A DNA stretch of 64,000 nucleotides from Opitutia bacterium (GCA_050506795.1 JBJHCF010000019.1:1-64000); one strand, 5' to 3'; counted from the stretch's first letter, positions 40,504 through 51,099 are shown. Made by a program: numbers and translations. The notes: generated by a model not told the origin, from the letters alone.

Positions 40504-41934
40504 ATGAGCGAGCCCGCAGCCACTCGTGCGCTAAAAAGAAAACTCGGTTCCTGTGTCGATACCGGGGCTGAAGCCCGGCATGCCGCTTCCTTCGACGGCA
40601 GCAAACTGGCCTGGACGCCGGACGCCGTGATCCGGCCGCGTTCGGAGGAGGACGTTGCGACGCTGCTGCGTCACGCGAACCGTCATGGGGTTCCCGTGAC
40701 CACGCGCGGGGGCGGATCGTCCCTCACCGGCTCGGCTTCGCCGGTTCGCGGGGGCTGGGTCCTCGACCTTTCCGCTTGGAGGAAACTTCGGGTCGACCGG
40801 GCCGCCGGCATGGCCTACGTCCAGCCCGGAGTGCGCACCGGGGACTTGCAGCGCGCCGCGGCGCGCCGCGGCTGGTTTTATCCTCCGGACCCGTCCTCCA
40901 AGGAGTTCGGCACACTCGGAGGCAATATCGCCTGCAACGCCGGGGGCATGAGGGGCGGAAAGTACGGAGTGACCCGCGACTACGTTTTGGCCCTGCGCGG
41001 CGTTTTGCCGACCGGGGAAATCGTTTCCTGGAGCCGCGATCTGCGCAAGTATGCCGCCGGTTACAACATGCGCGACCTGTGGATCGGCAGCGAAGGGACG
41101 CTCGGGGTGATTACCGAAGCGGTGCTGCGCCTGATTCCCATGCCGGAGACTCGTTGGACCGTTCTGGCATCCTTTGCCAACGAAACCCTCGCTTTGCGGA
41201 CGGTGAAGGCGATTCTGTCCGCGCCGTTGATTCCCTCCATTCTGGAGTTTCTTGATCGGGAGAGCGTGGCCTGCGCGGAGAGCGCCACCGGGGAGAGCGT
41301 GTTCCAGGGACAAGCCGGGCGTCCGGTGCTGCTTATGGAGCTGGACGGACATCCCGCCGCGGTGCGGGACGAACGGCGCCGGCTGCTGGAGATCGTTCAA
41401 CCGCGAGCCCTGGCGGTGAGGGAGGCTTCGGACGAAAAGGAGACGGAGGCGCTTTGGGAAGTCCGGCGGAAATGTTCGGGAGCCATGTTCGAACTGGGCG
41501 ACAGCAAGTTGAATGAGGACGTGGTGGTTCCGCTGCGCTCGCAGATCAAACTAATGACCTTTATTCGGCGCCTGAGCCGGGAAACCGGTGTTCCGATCGC
41601 AACTTTCGGCCATGCTGCGGATGGGAATTTCCACGTCAATATCATGTACCGCCGCGACGACCGCGATATTTCCGCCCGGGCCCTGGGCGCGCTGCGCGCC
41701 CTGATGCAAGAGGTGATCGATCTCGGTGGTGCCATTAGCGGCGAACACGGGATTGGTCTGGCCAAGACCCCCTTTCTGACTCTGGAGCACGGGCGGGCTG
41801 AGATTGCCGCCATGGGTGCCGTCAAGCAGGCCCTGGATCCCAATAACATCCTGAACCCGGGCAAGATTTTCGACGTCACCGAAGTTTGGAAAGAGCGTCC
41901 CCTCAAAGTCCGACTTCCGTGGGACCATAAGTAA
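40504..41934 (+). CDS. FAD-linked oxidase, GlcD/D-2-hydroxyacid dehydrogenase family
   Basis: YPPDPSS, GGNIACNAGG, GHAADGNFHVN, SGEHGIG, LNPGK. Confidence 0.9.
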   Translation: MSEPAATRALKRKLGSCVDTGAEARHAASFDGSKLAWTPDAVIRPRSEEDVATLLRHANRHGVPVTTRGGGSSLTGSASPVRGGWVLDLSAWRKLRVDRAAGMAYVQPGVRTGDLQRAAARRGWFYPPDPSSKEFGTLGGNIACNAGGMRGGKYGVTRDYVLALRGVLPTGEIVSWSRDLRKYAAGYNMRDLWIGSEGTLGVITEAVLRLIPMPETRWTVLASFANETLALRTVKAILSAPLIPSILEFLDRESVACAESATGESVFQGQAGRPVLLMELDGHPAAVRDERRRLLEIVQPRALAVREASDEKETEALWEVRRKCSGAMFELGDSKLNEDVVVPLRSQIKLMTFIRRLSRETGVPIATFGHAADGNFHVNIMYRRDDRDISARALGALRALMQEVIDLGGAISGEHGIGLAKTPFLTLEHGRAEIAAMGAVKQALDPNNILNPGKIFDVTEVWKERPLKVRLPWDHK

Positions 41935-41999
41935 GGTGGACGTTAAAAATTCAAAGTTGAAAGTAACTGGCAGGAAGTGAATTGCACGATAACCGATTG

Positions 42000-42034
42000 C
42001 CATTCACCAATAACCATTCACCGATAACCATAAA
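42000..42034. repeat. Five degenerate tandem heptamers
   Basis: CCATTCA CCAATAA CCATTCA CCGATAA CCATAAA. Confidence 0.6.
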
Positions 42035-42128
42035 CCGCCAACACCCGCCTTCCTTCCCGAGAGTTGATTTTTTTCGGTTTTCGTGTGTCTTTCCATTTAG
42101 GAATTTCTAAACCAGAGTTTTGTCCTTC

Positions 42129-43970
42129 ATGATCTTTTATCCGCGCCGATCCGTTTTGTTGTCGGCGGGGCTGATGGCCCTGCTTGTCGCTCCCGTTCTT
42201 AACGCCGCGGATGAATTCCCGGAAATCATGCCGCTTTCCGAAGTCGAACCGGGAATGCAAGGGGAATGGCGTACCGTAATTTCGGGCACACGGATCGAAT
42301 CGTTCCCGCTCAAGGTGGTCGGGGTCGGCGTGAATTTCCTTGGCCCGCGGCGTTCACTGATTCTCTGCGAAGCGCTGGATGAGCACAGTCTTGTGACCGG
42401 ACCGGTTTCCGGGATGAGCGGCAGTCCGGTGTTCATCGACGGGAAACTCGTGGGGGCGTACGCGTACGGTTTTACCTGGGCCAAGGAACAGGCTTTGATC
42501 GGCGTGACCCCGATCGAAGATATGCTGGAGGTCTGGGATTGGGCCGAACGGGAAGAACGTGACCCCATTGCCCGCCGGGCGGGGGACCGGGGCGGCTTGC
42601 GGCGCGCCTGGAGCGAGCCGCCGGATCGCGAGATGCTCGAGTCGGGCGCTTGGCGATCGTTCGATGACGGCGCCTTGCCGTCGCGGGATCTGGTGCGCGA
42701 ATCGATCCGGCCGTTGCCGACGCCTCTCTTTGTCGCAGGCATATCTCCTTCGGTGATGGCCGCCTTTGAACGTGAGTTTCGTCAGCGCGGCATCCAATTG
42801 GAAACCGCGCCGATGGGGCGGGCGCGGGGCGATATCGACCTGGAGTTGAAGCCGGGTTCCGCAGTGGCGGGGATGCTCATGACCGGTGATTTCACGTTTG
42901 CCGGCACGGGTACGGTCACCCACCGCATGGGGGATCGCATCCTGGCGTTCGGGCATTCCTTTTTCGGCGAAGGCGACGTGGACATTCCCATGGCCCCGGC
43001 GGAAGTCATGACCGTGGTCCAATCGGTTCAGAGTTCGTTCAAGCTCAGCAATCCCGGACCCGTAATCGGAGCGATCCACCAGGACCGGCTCAGCGCCATC
43101 GCCGGCACCCTCGGGCGGACGGCGCCGGTCACGGAGATGGAGGTCCGGGTACGGGGACGCCTGGGGGAAGACGAGTATTACCGGGGTGAAATTTTCGAGG
43201 ATGAATTTTTTTCCCCGCTGATCTCCGCCATGGCCCTGATGGAGGCGTTGCTCGATTCCAGATCCGCCGGCGGAGAGAAGACTCTCCTGGTGGAGACTCG
43301 TTTTGAAATTGAGGGCGAGGAACCCCTGGTACTGCGGGATGCGGCGGCGGGGAGTTCGGCGCCGCTGGTCCTGGCTTACGACCACCTGTTCCTGTACGAT
43401 CAGATTGTCGCCAACCCCTTCGTTTTTCCCCGGGTTAAGCGGGTTGAGGTTGAGGTGAGCTCCCTCGACGAACAGCTCCTGACGCAACTCGACGGTGTGC
43501 AGCTCAACCGGACCCGTTTTCCCGCCGGCGGCGAAGTGGAGATGCTTCTGCGGCTGCGCAACCATCGCGGTGAAGCCACCACAAAACGGGTGCGGGTTCC
43601 TTTGCCGGAAAGCACCGGCAATGGGCGGTTCACCCTTTTTGTCGGCGACGCCCGGGCGGCCCGGGGAGTGTCGGAGGCGCGGGCCGCGACGCCCCGGAAT
43701 TTTGCCCAGTTGATCGATCGCCTGCGGGATCACTACTCCCATCAGGAAATTCTCATCAAGGTCCTGGAGGACGCGCCCGGGCTGGCGGTGGAGGGTCAGT
43801 TTCTGCCCGATGTTCCTCCCTCGGTCGGAGCCCTCTACGGCTCGGCCGGCACCACTTTGCCCACCCGTGGCACCGCGACAAAAACCCTTTGGGAAACCCG
43901 GATTCGCGTCGATGGTGAATTCCGGGGCAACTACCGCAATTCCTTCAGTCTCGAACCCGCAATTCAATGA
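42129..43970 (+). CDS. Secreted SpoIVB-like peptidase S55 domain protein
   Basis: Signal peptide, GMSGSPV catalytic Ser motif, GVTPIEDM, GTVT..ILAFGH, QDR. Confidence 0.88.
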   Translation: MIFYPRRSVLLSAGLMALLVAPVLNAADEFPEIMPLSEVEPGMQGEWRTVISGTRIESFPLKVVGVGVNFLGPRRSLILCEALDEHSLVTGPVSGMSGSPVFIDGKLVGAYAYGFTWAKEQALIGVTPIEDMLEVWDWAEREERDPIARRAGDRGGLRRAWSEPPDREMLESGAWRSFDDGALPSRDLVRESIRPLPTPLFVAGISPSVMAAFEREFRQRGIQLETAPMGRARGDIDLELKPGSAVAGMLMTGDFTFAGTGTVTHRMGDRILAFGHSFFGEGDVDIPMAPAEVMTVVQSVQSSFKLSNPGPVIGAIHQDRLSAIAGTLGRTAPVTEMEVRVRGRLGEDEYYRGEIFEDEFFSPLISAMALMEALLDSRSAGGEKTLLVETRFEIEGEEPLVLRDAAAGSSAPLVLAYDHLFLYDQIVANPFVFPRVKRVEVEVSSLDEQLLTQLDGVQLNRTRFPAGGEVEMLLRLRNHRGEATTKRVRVPLPESTGNGRFTLFVGDARAARGVSEARAATPRNFAQLIDRLRDHYSHQEILIKVLEDAPGLAVEGQFLPDVPPSVGALYGSAGTTLPTRGTATKTLWETRIRVDGEFRGNYRNSFSLEPAIQ

Positions 43971-46204
43971 TGTCCGTTCTTTCAATTCGCCAGAGAGCAT
44001 TGCTGCTCCTCCCCGCCTTAATTTTCGCCGCCAGTCCGGTGGCGAAGACCCAGACCGAATCCGTGACTCATGAGGGTGTGCCGGGATTCCTGGAGGGTGA
44101 GTTCAGCAATCTGGCGCTGAATTCGACCGGCGAGCTCTTGCTCGCCCCGGCAGTGGAGACGCTGGCGGCGCTCGACGAGCCGATCGTGTGGACGGCGTTG
44201 CCGGACGGCGACGGCGGTTTCTACCTCGGCACCGGCAACCAGGGGAAGGTGTATCGGCTTTCCGGAGACGGCGAACTGACGCCCGTATTCGATCCGGAGC
44301 AGGTGTTGTCACGGGCTCTGGCGGTCGGTCCCGACGGCGCGCTCTACGTAGGGACTTCTCCCGAGGGCAAGATCTACCGTATTATCGGGGATGCCGAGCC
44401 GGAGGTTTTTTTCCAACCGGAAGAGCATTATATCTGGGAGATCGTTTTTGACACCGTGGGCCACATGTACGTGGCCACCGGAGCGAAGGGGAATATCTAT
44501 CGGTTGCCGCCCGAGTTCGAGCCGGGTGATGCGGTGGAGCTGTTCTTCGAAAGCGAGCAGACCCACATCTCCACGCTGACATGGGACAATGAGGGACGTC
44601 TGCTCGCGGGGACGAGCCCCGGGGGGTTGGTGTACCGGTTCGATGAGGATGGAAGGGCGTTTGCTCTCCTGAACACCGGCGATCGGGAGGTACGACGCAT
44701 CGTGACGGCGGACGATGGAACGCTTTACGTGGCGGCGTTCGCCGGCGACGCCGCCGGAACCGCGGCCCCGGCCCGACCGACCGGGACGATTGGCAACGTG
44801 ATCGCTGCCATTCTCGGCGCCGGAGAGAGTGGTTCGGATAACGCCGAAGCCCGATCGCAGAATCAACAACAGGCCCGCGCCGCCGGTTCGCGGGTGGGCA
44901 CGATTTACCGCGTCGATCCGGACGGATACTTTGAGCCGTATTGGACCTTACCCGGATACGCCATCCATTCCATGGCGTTGCTGGCGGATGGCCGATTGCT
45001 GGTGGGAACCGGAAATCAGGGGCGCATTTTTTCCGTCACCGGCCCCGGTGAATGGAAACTGCTGCAGCGTCTCGAGTCCGGGGGCGAGGTCTCCATGGTG
45101 GCGGCCGATCCGACCGGAGCGGAGAGAGTGTATGCCTTTACCAGTAACCCGGCGCAGGTGTACCGAATGGATTTCGGAGTTGCTTCGGAGGGCGTTTATA
45201 CGTCGAAGGTTCACGATGCCGGTCAAGTGGCGCGTTGGGGGCGGTTTCACCTGGACTCTTCCGGAAGCGGCGTCCGGGTCAGTGCTCGCAGCGGCAATAC
45301 GGAAAAACCCGAGAGGACCTGGAGCGATTGGACGGAGCCGGCCGCCACGGTTGAGTCGATATCCCTGGACCTCCCGGCGGCCCGGTATTTCCAATACCGG
45401 CTGCATTTTTCCAACGAAAGCGAGAACGAAAACGCGCTGGACGTGCGCGCCAACCGGGCTCGCTTCTTTTTCAGCCGGTTTAACGCCGCTCCGGTTATTT
45501 CCGCCATCAGACTGGTCCCGGCCGACGTGGCGCTGGAACGGGTACCCCCCTCACCTCAGGCGCCGAGCATCGACCTCGATCAGCTGTTCGCTTCCAACAA
45601 CCAGGCCCGTCAGCAGAACCAGCAGTCCCGCAGCGGCCAGATGCGGGTTTACGAACGGCCCGGGTTGGCCACCATCGCCTGGCAGGCGACCGATCCGAAC
45701 GGAGACCCATTGAGTTACATCCTGAAGATCCGGGCCGAGAACGATGAGTATTGGACCACCCTGGCGGAGGATCTGCGCGATAATTTTCTATCCTTCAATA
45801 CCCAGGGATTCGATGAGGGCCGTTATTACGCAAAGGTCATCGCCAGCGATCATTTGGCCAATCCGCCCGGTTCGGAACGCAGCGCCTCACGGGTGAGCGA
45901 AGCCTTTTTGATCGATAATACGGCGCCCGCGATCGAGGTGGTTGAGGTACAAGTCAATGGCCGTGAAGCTCAGGTGCAACTCGAGGTTGAGGATAAGGTC
46001 AGCATTATCACCAATGCTCGTTACTACCTCAATGGCGGCGAACGAACGCCGCTTTTTCCAGAGGATGGTTTTTACGACTCCCGAAGTGAGCGTTTCAGCC
46101 TTTCATTGAGCGACCTCTCCGCGGGTAGACATAATCTTATCGTGGTCGCCGAGGATGAAGCCGGTAACGAACGCGTTCGTACCGTTCATTTCGTGGTGGA
46201 GTGA
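43967..46204 (+). CDS. Secreted beta-propeller protein with C-terminal Ig/FN3-like domains
   Basis: Signal peptide, repeats D.G.LY.GT...G.(V/I)YR, RSGNT..P...WSDW, RYFQYR, W.A.DPNGD, IDNTAP; ATGA overlap with S55 gene. Confidence 0.8.
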   Translation: MMSVLSIRQRALLLLPALIFAASPVAKTQTESVTHEGVPGFLEGEFSNLALNSTGELLLAPAVETLAALDEPIVWTALPDGDGGFYLGTGNQGKVYRLSGDGELTPVFDPEQVLSRALAVGPDGALYVGTSPEGKIYRIIGDAEPEVFFQPEEHYIWEIVFDTVGHMYVATGAKGNIYRLPPEFEPGDAVELFFESEQTHISTLTWDNEGRLLAGTSPGGLVYRFDEDGRAFALLNTGDREVRRIVTADDGTLYVAAFAGDAAGTAAPARPTGTIGNVIAAILGAGESGSDNAEARSQNQQQARAAGSRVGTIYRVDPDGYFEPYWTLPGYAIHSMALLADGRLLVGTGNQGRIFSVTGPGEWKLLQRLESGGEVSMVAADPTGAERVYAFTSNPAQVYRMDFGVASEGVYTSKVHDAGQVARWGRFHLDSSGSGVRVSARSGNTEKPERTWSDWTEPAATVESISLDLPAARYFQYRLHFSNESENENALDVRANRARFFFSRFNAAPVISAIRLVPADVALERVPPSPQAPSIDLDQLFASNNQARQQNQQSRSGQMRVYERPGLATIAWQATDPNGDPLSYILKIRAENDEYWTTLAEDLRDNFLSFNTQGFDEGRYYAKVIASDHLANPPGSERSASRVSEAFLIDNTAPAIEVVEVQVNGREAQVQLEVEDKVSIITNARYYLNGGERTPLFPEDGFYDSRSERFSLSLSDLSAGRHNLIVVAEDEAGNERVRTVHFVVE

Positions 46205-46399
46205 CGGGGCGAGCCCTTCGGCAGGCTCAGGGCAGGGGCGACGCGGGACGTGGGGCGTCTGGGCGCGATGCTCCGGGCTCTAAAGGCAAATACCATCAAT
46301 TGCGTTAGCGGGTGATGCGCGGGCCGAAGAAAAAGGGTACAGGTGGGGCGATCATAAGGATTTTTTCATCCTATGGAAACCTGTCCCTGGGTAACGCGT

Positions 46400-49048
46400 T
46401 CATTCCAGCCAGACTGTTTCCACTTCAAATCCGTAACGCTCGCCGCCCGTATAGCCGGGATTGTCGGATGTATCCATGAGGAACTGAATCTCCTCGATTT
46501 TGCTCGGACGCACCTCGCCCCTGACTCCTGTTTCGAACCATCCGCCCAGGACGCTCGGAAACCCTCTCGGAAGCATCATGAATCGGTCCGCTTCGAAGGA
46601 GCTCAGCGGGATCCGGTATTCCCGGTAGACATTCTCCAAATCCACCGGCGCGCTGTAGGCGTTGGCGTCGTTGTCGAGAAGCACAACCTTCATCGGGGCC
46701 GGATTGTCGAATTCGGTTTTCGCCCTTACGACGAGATACTGATAGGTATCCAGCGTTTCGGGAGTGATCCCTCTGATCCTGTCCGCTATGAAGGTGGAGA
46801 ACCCGAGCACGTGTCTTCCCTGAGTCGGAGTTGTCGACGAAACACTTCTGGCCATCGCGTTTTCGATACCGGTTTGGACCAGCTGAGACCGGTTGGCGCC
46901 GCCACCGCCACTGAACGCCTGGTAGGAACTCTGTTGGTCTTTCTGAGCATGCCAGATTTCAACAGGGCTTCCCGGCTCAACCGCCCGGGTTGTCCATCGC
47001 TGGATGAAGTCATCCTCCCACTCCCAACGGGCGGTGGGAACGCTGCCCGGGAAGGTCAGGTATCCGCTCCCGACTTCCCGCTCCACGACGATCCAGTAGT
47101 CGACGTCGCCCGCGGTCATAATATCGGCGGGAATATCGGCCTCAAACTTGAACGGGATAACTTCCCGCATCTCGACGTTATGATTGGCGCCGGAAGCGGT
47201 CTTGACCCGAAGTGACAGGGTGTCGTCATTACGCAGACCGGAGATGTCAGCTGAAATCGTAAGCGGCGCGCCAGCTTCTCCCTGCTCGGAAGGTCTGTGC
47301 CATACCTCCGGATTTTCGGCATTGGCGGGAACCGCGTGATAGTCACCGAGTTTCACAGTGCCGAAACGGCTTTCGGGTGTCCAACGGCCGCTGTCCACTC
47401 CCTCCCGGGTCAGCAGATAGGTTCCCGGGGAAATCGTAAAAGTACCTCCGCTGGCGGTTGCGTTGTAATGGTTGTCCTCATTCAGCCCCCGGATCCGGAA
47501 TGAATCACCGAGATCACCCAGGGTGATCTGCATCGGGTGGTCGCGCCATTCGATGCGCACGACGTATCTGAGATTGTTTACCGGCCCGACAAACGGGTCC
47601 TGGGTCGGGATTGCATCCGGAAATACCTCGAGGCGCCAGACACCGTCTTCAAGCTTATCCAGCAGATAAGCGCCCCGGCCCGGGTGGGAAACCACGGGAG
47701 ACGTGCCGACCCCGGCAATGCGCTCGAGCGCCTCCGGATTTTGCGGAGCGGTGTCGGTGTTATTGGAGTAGAGAAACGCCCGATCGGTATTCATCAAACT
47801 GAGATCCTCGTGATGGCTCATGCTGAAACTTCCGAACGTCGTGTCGGCCGGATAGGCTTCGAACTGCTGTATGTGATCGATCTCGCGAAATACTTCACCG
47901 GCGATGATCATGCTGACCGCTCTTCCCGGTGTGTAGACCAGGTTCAGGTAGTGTGAAATCCAGTCGGAATTCGCATGGGCGACCCCGAGGGCGGTATAGG
48001 CGAAGTGGGCGGCAAACTGCATTCCGGCCTCACGGAAGCTCCTCGCCGACATAGGAAGGGCGTAATTGTTCAGATTGTCGGCCGGATCAAATTCGTAGAC
48101 CATCTTGGCCATCTTCTGATACCGTTCGTCATCGACCCACGGCATGTCAAAGCTGCTGACAAACGGGAAGTAGTTGGAACGTTTCTCCCTGCCCTGGTAG
48201 AGCCCGGCGTTGTACCACTGGAACGTCACGCCGTCGATATCGGCATCCAGGTAGGCTTCCGGGACTCCGTGCGTGATGTTGTAGAAGATCGGCTTGTCCC
48301 AGCCGCTTTCGCGGAGCTGGTTTGCCATCGTGTTTACAAATTCCAGCGTCCGGTCATATCCGCTGTGGGAAGGTTCATTGTCAATTTCGATGGCGATGAT
48401 GTTCGGGTCCTCGATGGGCGTAAGTCCCGTGTAGGGGTTTCGGTAATTGACGATCTGATCGAGATAGTTCCGGATCACCGGCCAGAATTCACGATTCTGC
48501 GGCGCCGCCGCTTTGGAGATATAGTTGGCAAATCCGGGAGGCTGAATGACATTTCCCTCCGGCCATCCCGCCCCGTAATAGATGGTGGGGGTGATGATGG
48601 TCCTGATGTTATGCTCCTTCATCTTGTAGAGCGAGTAGTTGTGCAAATCGAGGTGGTGGTTTTCGACCAGGTTTCCCTGTCTGTCCGTGATCTCGATCTC
48701 GTAAATGTGTGTGCGGAAAGCTTCCATCCCCATGCGAACCAGGTGATAGACGTCTTCGTCGATCGCCTCTTTGTGATCCTTTCCCATCACATTCAGACCC
48801 CGGTAGGTCTGGGAGAACGGGGTGTAATAATTGACGCCGAAAAGCCGGACCTCTTCACCGGAGTCGGCCCAGTACATCACACCGTTTTCTATGGTTACCC
48901 GGCCCGGATCGGTCGGTGCGTTTAACCCTGAAGAAGCGGCGGGGGCGGTATTCGCACCGAGCATCAGAAGAAACAACAGGACGGTTCCGGAAAGAAAGCA
49001 GGCGGCAAATGGCAATGATTTAAGTCGAGTTGTGTGTTTATTGATCAT
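46400..49048 (-). CDS. Secreted clan GH-A glycoside hydrolase (GH5-like) with C-terminal accessory domains
   Basis: Signal peptide, FGVNY, EIDNEP acid/base, VYEFD putative nucleophile. Confidence 0.75.
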   Translation of the reverse strand: MINKHTTRLKSLPFAACFLSGTVLLFLLMLGANTAPAASSGLNAPTDPGRVTIENGVMYWADSGEEVRLFGVNYYTPFSQTYRGLNVMGKDHKEAIDEDVYHLVRMGMEAFRTHIYEIEITDRQGNLVENHHLDLHNYSLYKMKEHNIRTIITPTIYYGAGWPEGNVIQPPGFANYISKAAAPQNREFWPVIRNYLDQIVNYRNPYTGLTPIEDPNIIAIEIDNEPSHSGYDRTLEFVNTMANQLRESGWDKPIFYNITHGVPEAYLDADIDGVTFQWYNAGLYQGREKRSNYFPFVSSFDMPWVDDERYQKMAKMVYEFDPADNLNNYALPMSARSFREAGMQFAAHFAYTALGVAHANSDWISHYLNLVYTPGRAVSMIIAGEVFREIDHIQQFEAYPADTTFGSFSMSHHEDLSLMNTDRAFLYSNNTDTAPQNPEALERIAGVGTSPVVSHPGRGAYLLDKLEDGVWRLEVFPDAIPTQDPFVGPVNNLRYVVRIEWRDHPMQITLGDLGDSFRIRGLNEDNHYNATASGGTFTISPGTYLLTREGVDSGRWTPESRFGTVKLGDYHAVPANAENPEVWHRPSEQGEAGAPLTISADISGLRNDDTLSLRVKTASGANHNVEMREVIPFKFEADIPADIMTAGDVDYWIVVEREVGSGYLTFPGSVPTARWEWEDDFIQRWTTRAVEPGSPVEIWHAQKDQQSSYQAFSGGGGANRSQLVQTGIENAMARSVSSTTPTQGRHVLGFSTFIADRIRGITPETLDTYQYLVVRAKTEFDNPAPMKVVLLDNDANAYSAPVDLENVYREYRIPLSSFEADRFMMLPRGFPSVLGGWFETGVRGEVRPSKIEEIQFLMDTSDNPGYTGGERYGFEVETVWLE

Positions 49049-49076
49049 AATAAAAAGGTAATTTGTTCTGTTTCGA

Positions 49077-49310
49077 TCAGAGATCCGGCCGAATGACCAC
49101 CCGGTAAAACGCCCGGTCAACCTCTGGGTGGTGAATGTCCGAGGATTCGATCTCCTCCCGTGTTTCCGCGTGAAACGTCCCGGCGGCGTCTCTCCAGACG
49201 ACGATGTCGGCGCTTCCGACCTTGTGGTCCTCCGCTCCCGCGACCCCCGCCGGCAGCAGCAACCCCAGGATCAGAAAGCGGATAACGAGAAGCAGGAATG
49301 TCCTGTTTGT
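49077..49310 (-). pseudogene. Truncated paralog of the upstream beta-helix protein N-terminus
   Basis: Signal-like stretch plus GSADIVVWRDAAGTFHAETRE versus QGADVVVWKDDDGIFHAEKRD in 49567-51099. Confidence 0.65.
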
Positions 49311-49403
49311 AGACAGAGGGTATCCGAAAAGGCTTCTGGTCGTTGTTTTGGCTGACCGGGCCGGACGGACGGAGCACGCTCGTGATTTCGAATATCCAAC
49401 ACG

Positions 49404-49470
49404 CGGGCTGAAGCACCGCGCTACGCTAGTTTCGCTCGTCGTTCCTGTCGTAGCTCGGTGCTTTAGCCCG
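49404..49470. repeat. REP-like inverted doublet (GTAG family)
   Basis: CGGGCTGAAGCACCGCGCTACG-N23-CGTAGCTCGGTGCTTTAGCCCG. Confidence 0.75.
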
Positions 49471-49566
49471 AGTAACCAGGCCGCCGACGGCCTGGAAAAC
49501 TCTTTCGGACGGGGTCTGGAAAGCATGTTAACCTTTTCGAAAGAGTATGGACCATCCATGGTCCAT

Positions 49567-51099
49567 TCATCCCCCCAGATTTGCCAGAGGCTGATCGACG
49601 ATATACTCGATTTGCATATTCTGGCCGGGATCCGTCCGCCACTCGAATACCAAATCCCACTGATTGCTGCCGCCGTTATACTCGAAGTAGTGGTCCCAGG
49701 CAAAGGAACCTTCAGGCGCTTGCGAAGCTCTGGCCCTCAGGTCGAGCGAAACATTCCGGTGAGGGCTTACTCCGTTTACGCGCGCCGCCGGGTTCGCTCC
49801 GGATTGGAGCGTCACCGTTCCCTGCGCGACTCCGGCGCCAAGGTTGTTTCTGACGAAGGTCGATGCGGAGTGTAGCGACAGGTTGGAAACTGTTCCGGCG
49901 TCGCGCAGGTCGTTGTTGGCGATGATTCCATTCTGACCGGAAAAGACGATGCCGTGCGTCTGGGTGCGCTGCCCCGCGGGTCGGTCGTCGTAGATGCGCA
50001 TATTCGTGATGGATACGCCGTCGGCGGTCCGGTCGGGCGTCGGATTCGCGTCAAAGGTGTAAACGGTGATCGCCGTGCCACGAGTGTTCTTGATCACGCC
50101 GTTGGTGATGATCGTGTTGGGGGAACTGCTCAACCTGATGCCGTAGTCGCGGGCGCCTTCGATATAGATATTGCTGACGACCATGTCTCCGGTGCCGGTG
50201 TGAATGTGGATCCCCCGGGGCGCGTTAATGCTCACGAGGCCATTCAGGGTGATGCGGCCGTGATTGTTCGCGGTGACCCGGAACGACGCGTAATTCGAAG
50301 TGGCGTTGGGATTATAGGCGATGATATTGCCGATCGTGGCGTCGTCGGTCTCGTTGAGAAGGACGCCGGAGCCGGTGTGATGTTTGGCGATGATCTGTCC
50401 AATCTGCAACCGGTCGACTCCCCGGGTTTCAAACGCGTGATTGCCGCCCTCAATGTACATCGAATCGATTTGAATATCGCGGGACCGTCCGGCGGAACCC
50501 TCGTGATCGATCCGGATGGGAGACCAGCCGCCCACATTCAGATAGGCATGACCGATGTGAACATTGGAGACGCTTTCCATTTTGATCGCCCATCCCGTCT
50601 CGCCGGTGATGTTGATGTTCGGAATATCGACATGGGTGGCGTTTCGCACCTTGACCAGCACGCGTTTGTTCAGCGTCGCACCCGCCGGCGCATCCTCATC
50701 GATCTCGGCATGGAGCGTCGCGGGAATGTCCAGGATGGTGTAGCTGGGAACCATGAGCGCCTCGGCCGGCGATTGCGTCGCGTATCGGGTGATCGTGCCC
50801 GAGGAGACCACGAGGACCCTTTCCTTGACCGTGCGCCCCGGGGTGAGGCTGTTCATGGCGGCCTGAATGGCATGGTCGATGTGCTCGCCGCTGAAGACGA
50901 TCCCGTCACGTTTTTCGGCGTGAAAGATCCCGTCATCATCTTTCCAAACAACAACATCAGCGCCTTGAACATACCCGCTATTAGCCACAGCGAACGTTGT
51001 CAGGAGCATAAACGCGAACATCCCAATTGCCACCAAGGCAAATAAACCTGATTTTTTCATAATCTTCATTTTCCTTCGGCCAATTGTTCTGGTTTTCAT
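49567..51099 (-). CDS. Secreted right-handed parallel beta-helix (pectate lyase-like) protein
   Basis: Signal peptide; repeated N/I/G-rich beta coils; VPSYTILD. Confidence 0.75.
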   Translation of the reverse strand: MKTRTIGRRKMKIMKKSGLFALVAIGMFAFMLLTTFAVANSGYVQGADVVVWKDDDGIFHAEKRDGIVFSGEHIDHAIQAAMNSLTPGRTVKERVLVVSSGTITRYATQSPAEALMVPSYTILDIPATLHAEIDEDAPAGATLNKRVLVKVRNATHVDIPNINITGETGWAIKMESVSNVHIGHAYLNVGGWSPIRIDHEGSAGRSRDIQIDSMYIEGGNHAFETRGVDRLQIGQIIAKHHTGSGVLLNETDDATIGNIIAYNPNATSNYASFRVTANNHGRITLNGLVSINAPRGIHIHTGTGDMVVSNIYIEGARDYGIRLSSSPNTIITNGVIKNTRGTAITVYTFDANPTPDRTADGVSITNMRIYDDRPAGQRTQTHGIVFSGQNGIIANNDLRDAGTVSNLSLHSASTFVRNNLGAGVAQGTVTLQSGANPAARVNGVSPHRNVSLDLRARASQAPEGSFAWDHYFEYNGGSNQWDLVFEWRTDPGQNMQIEYIVDQPLANLGG

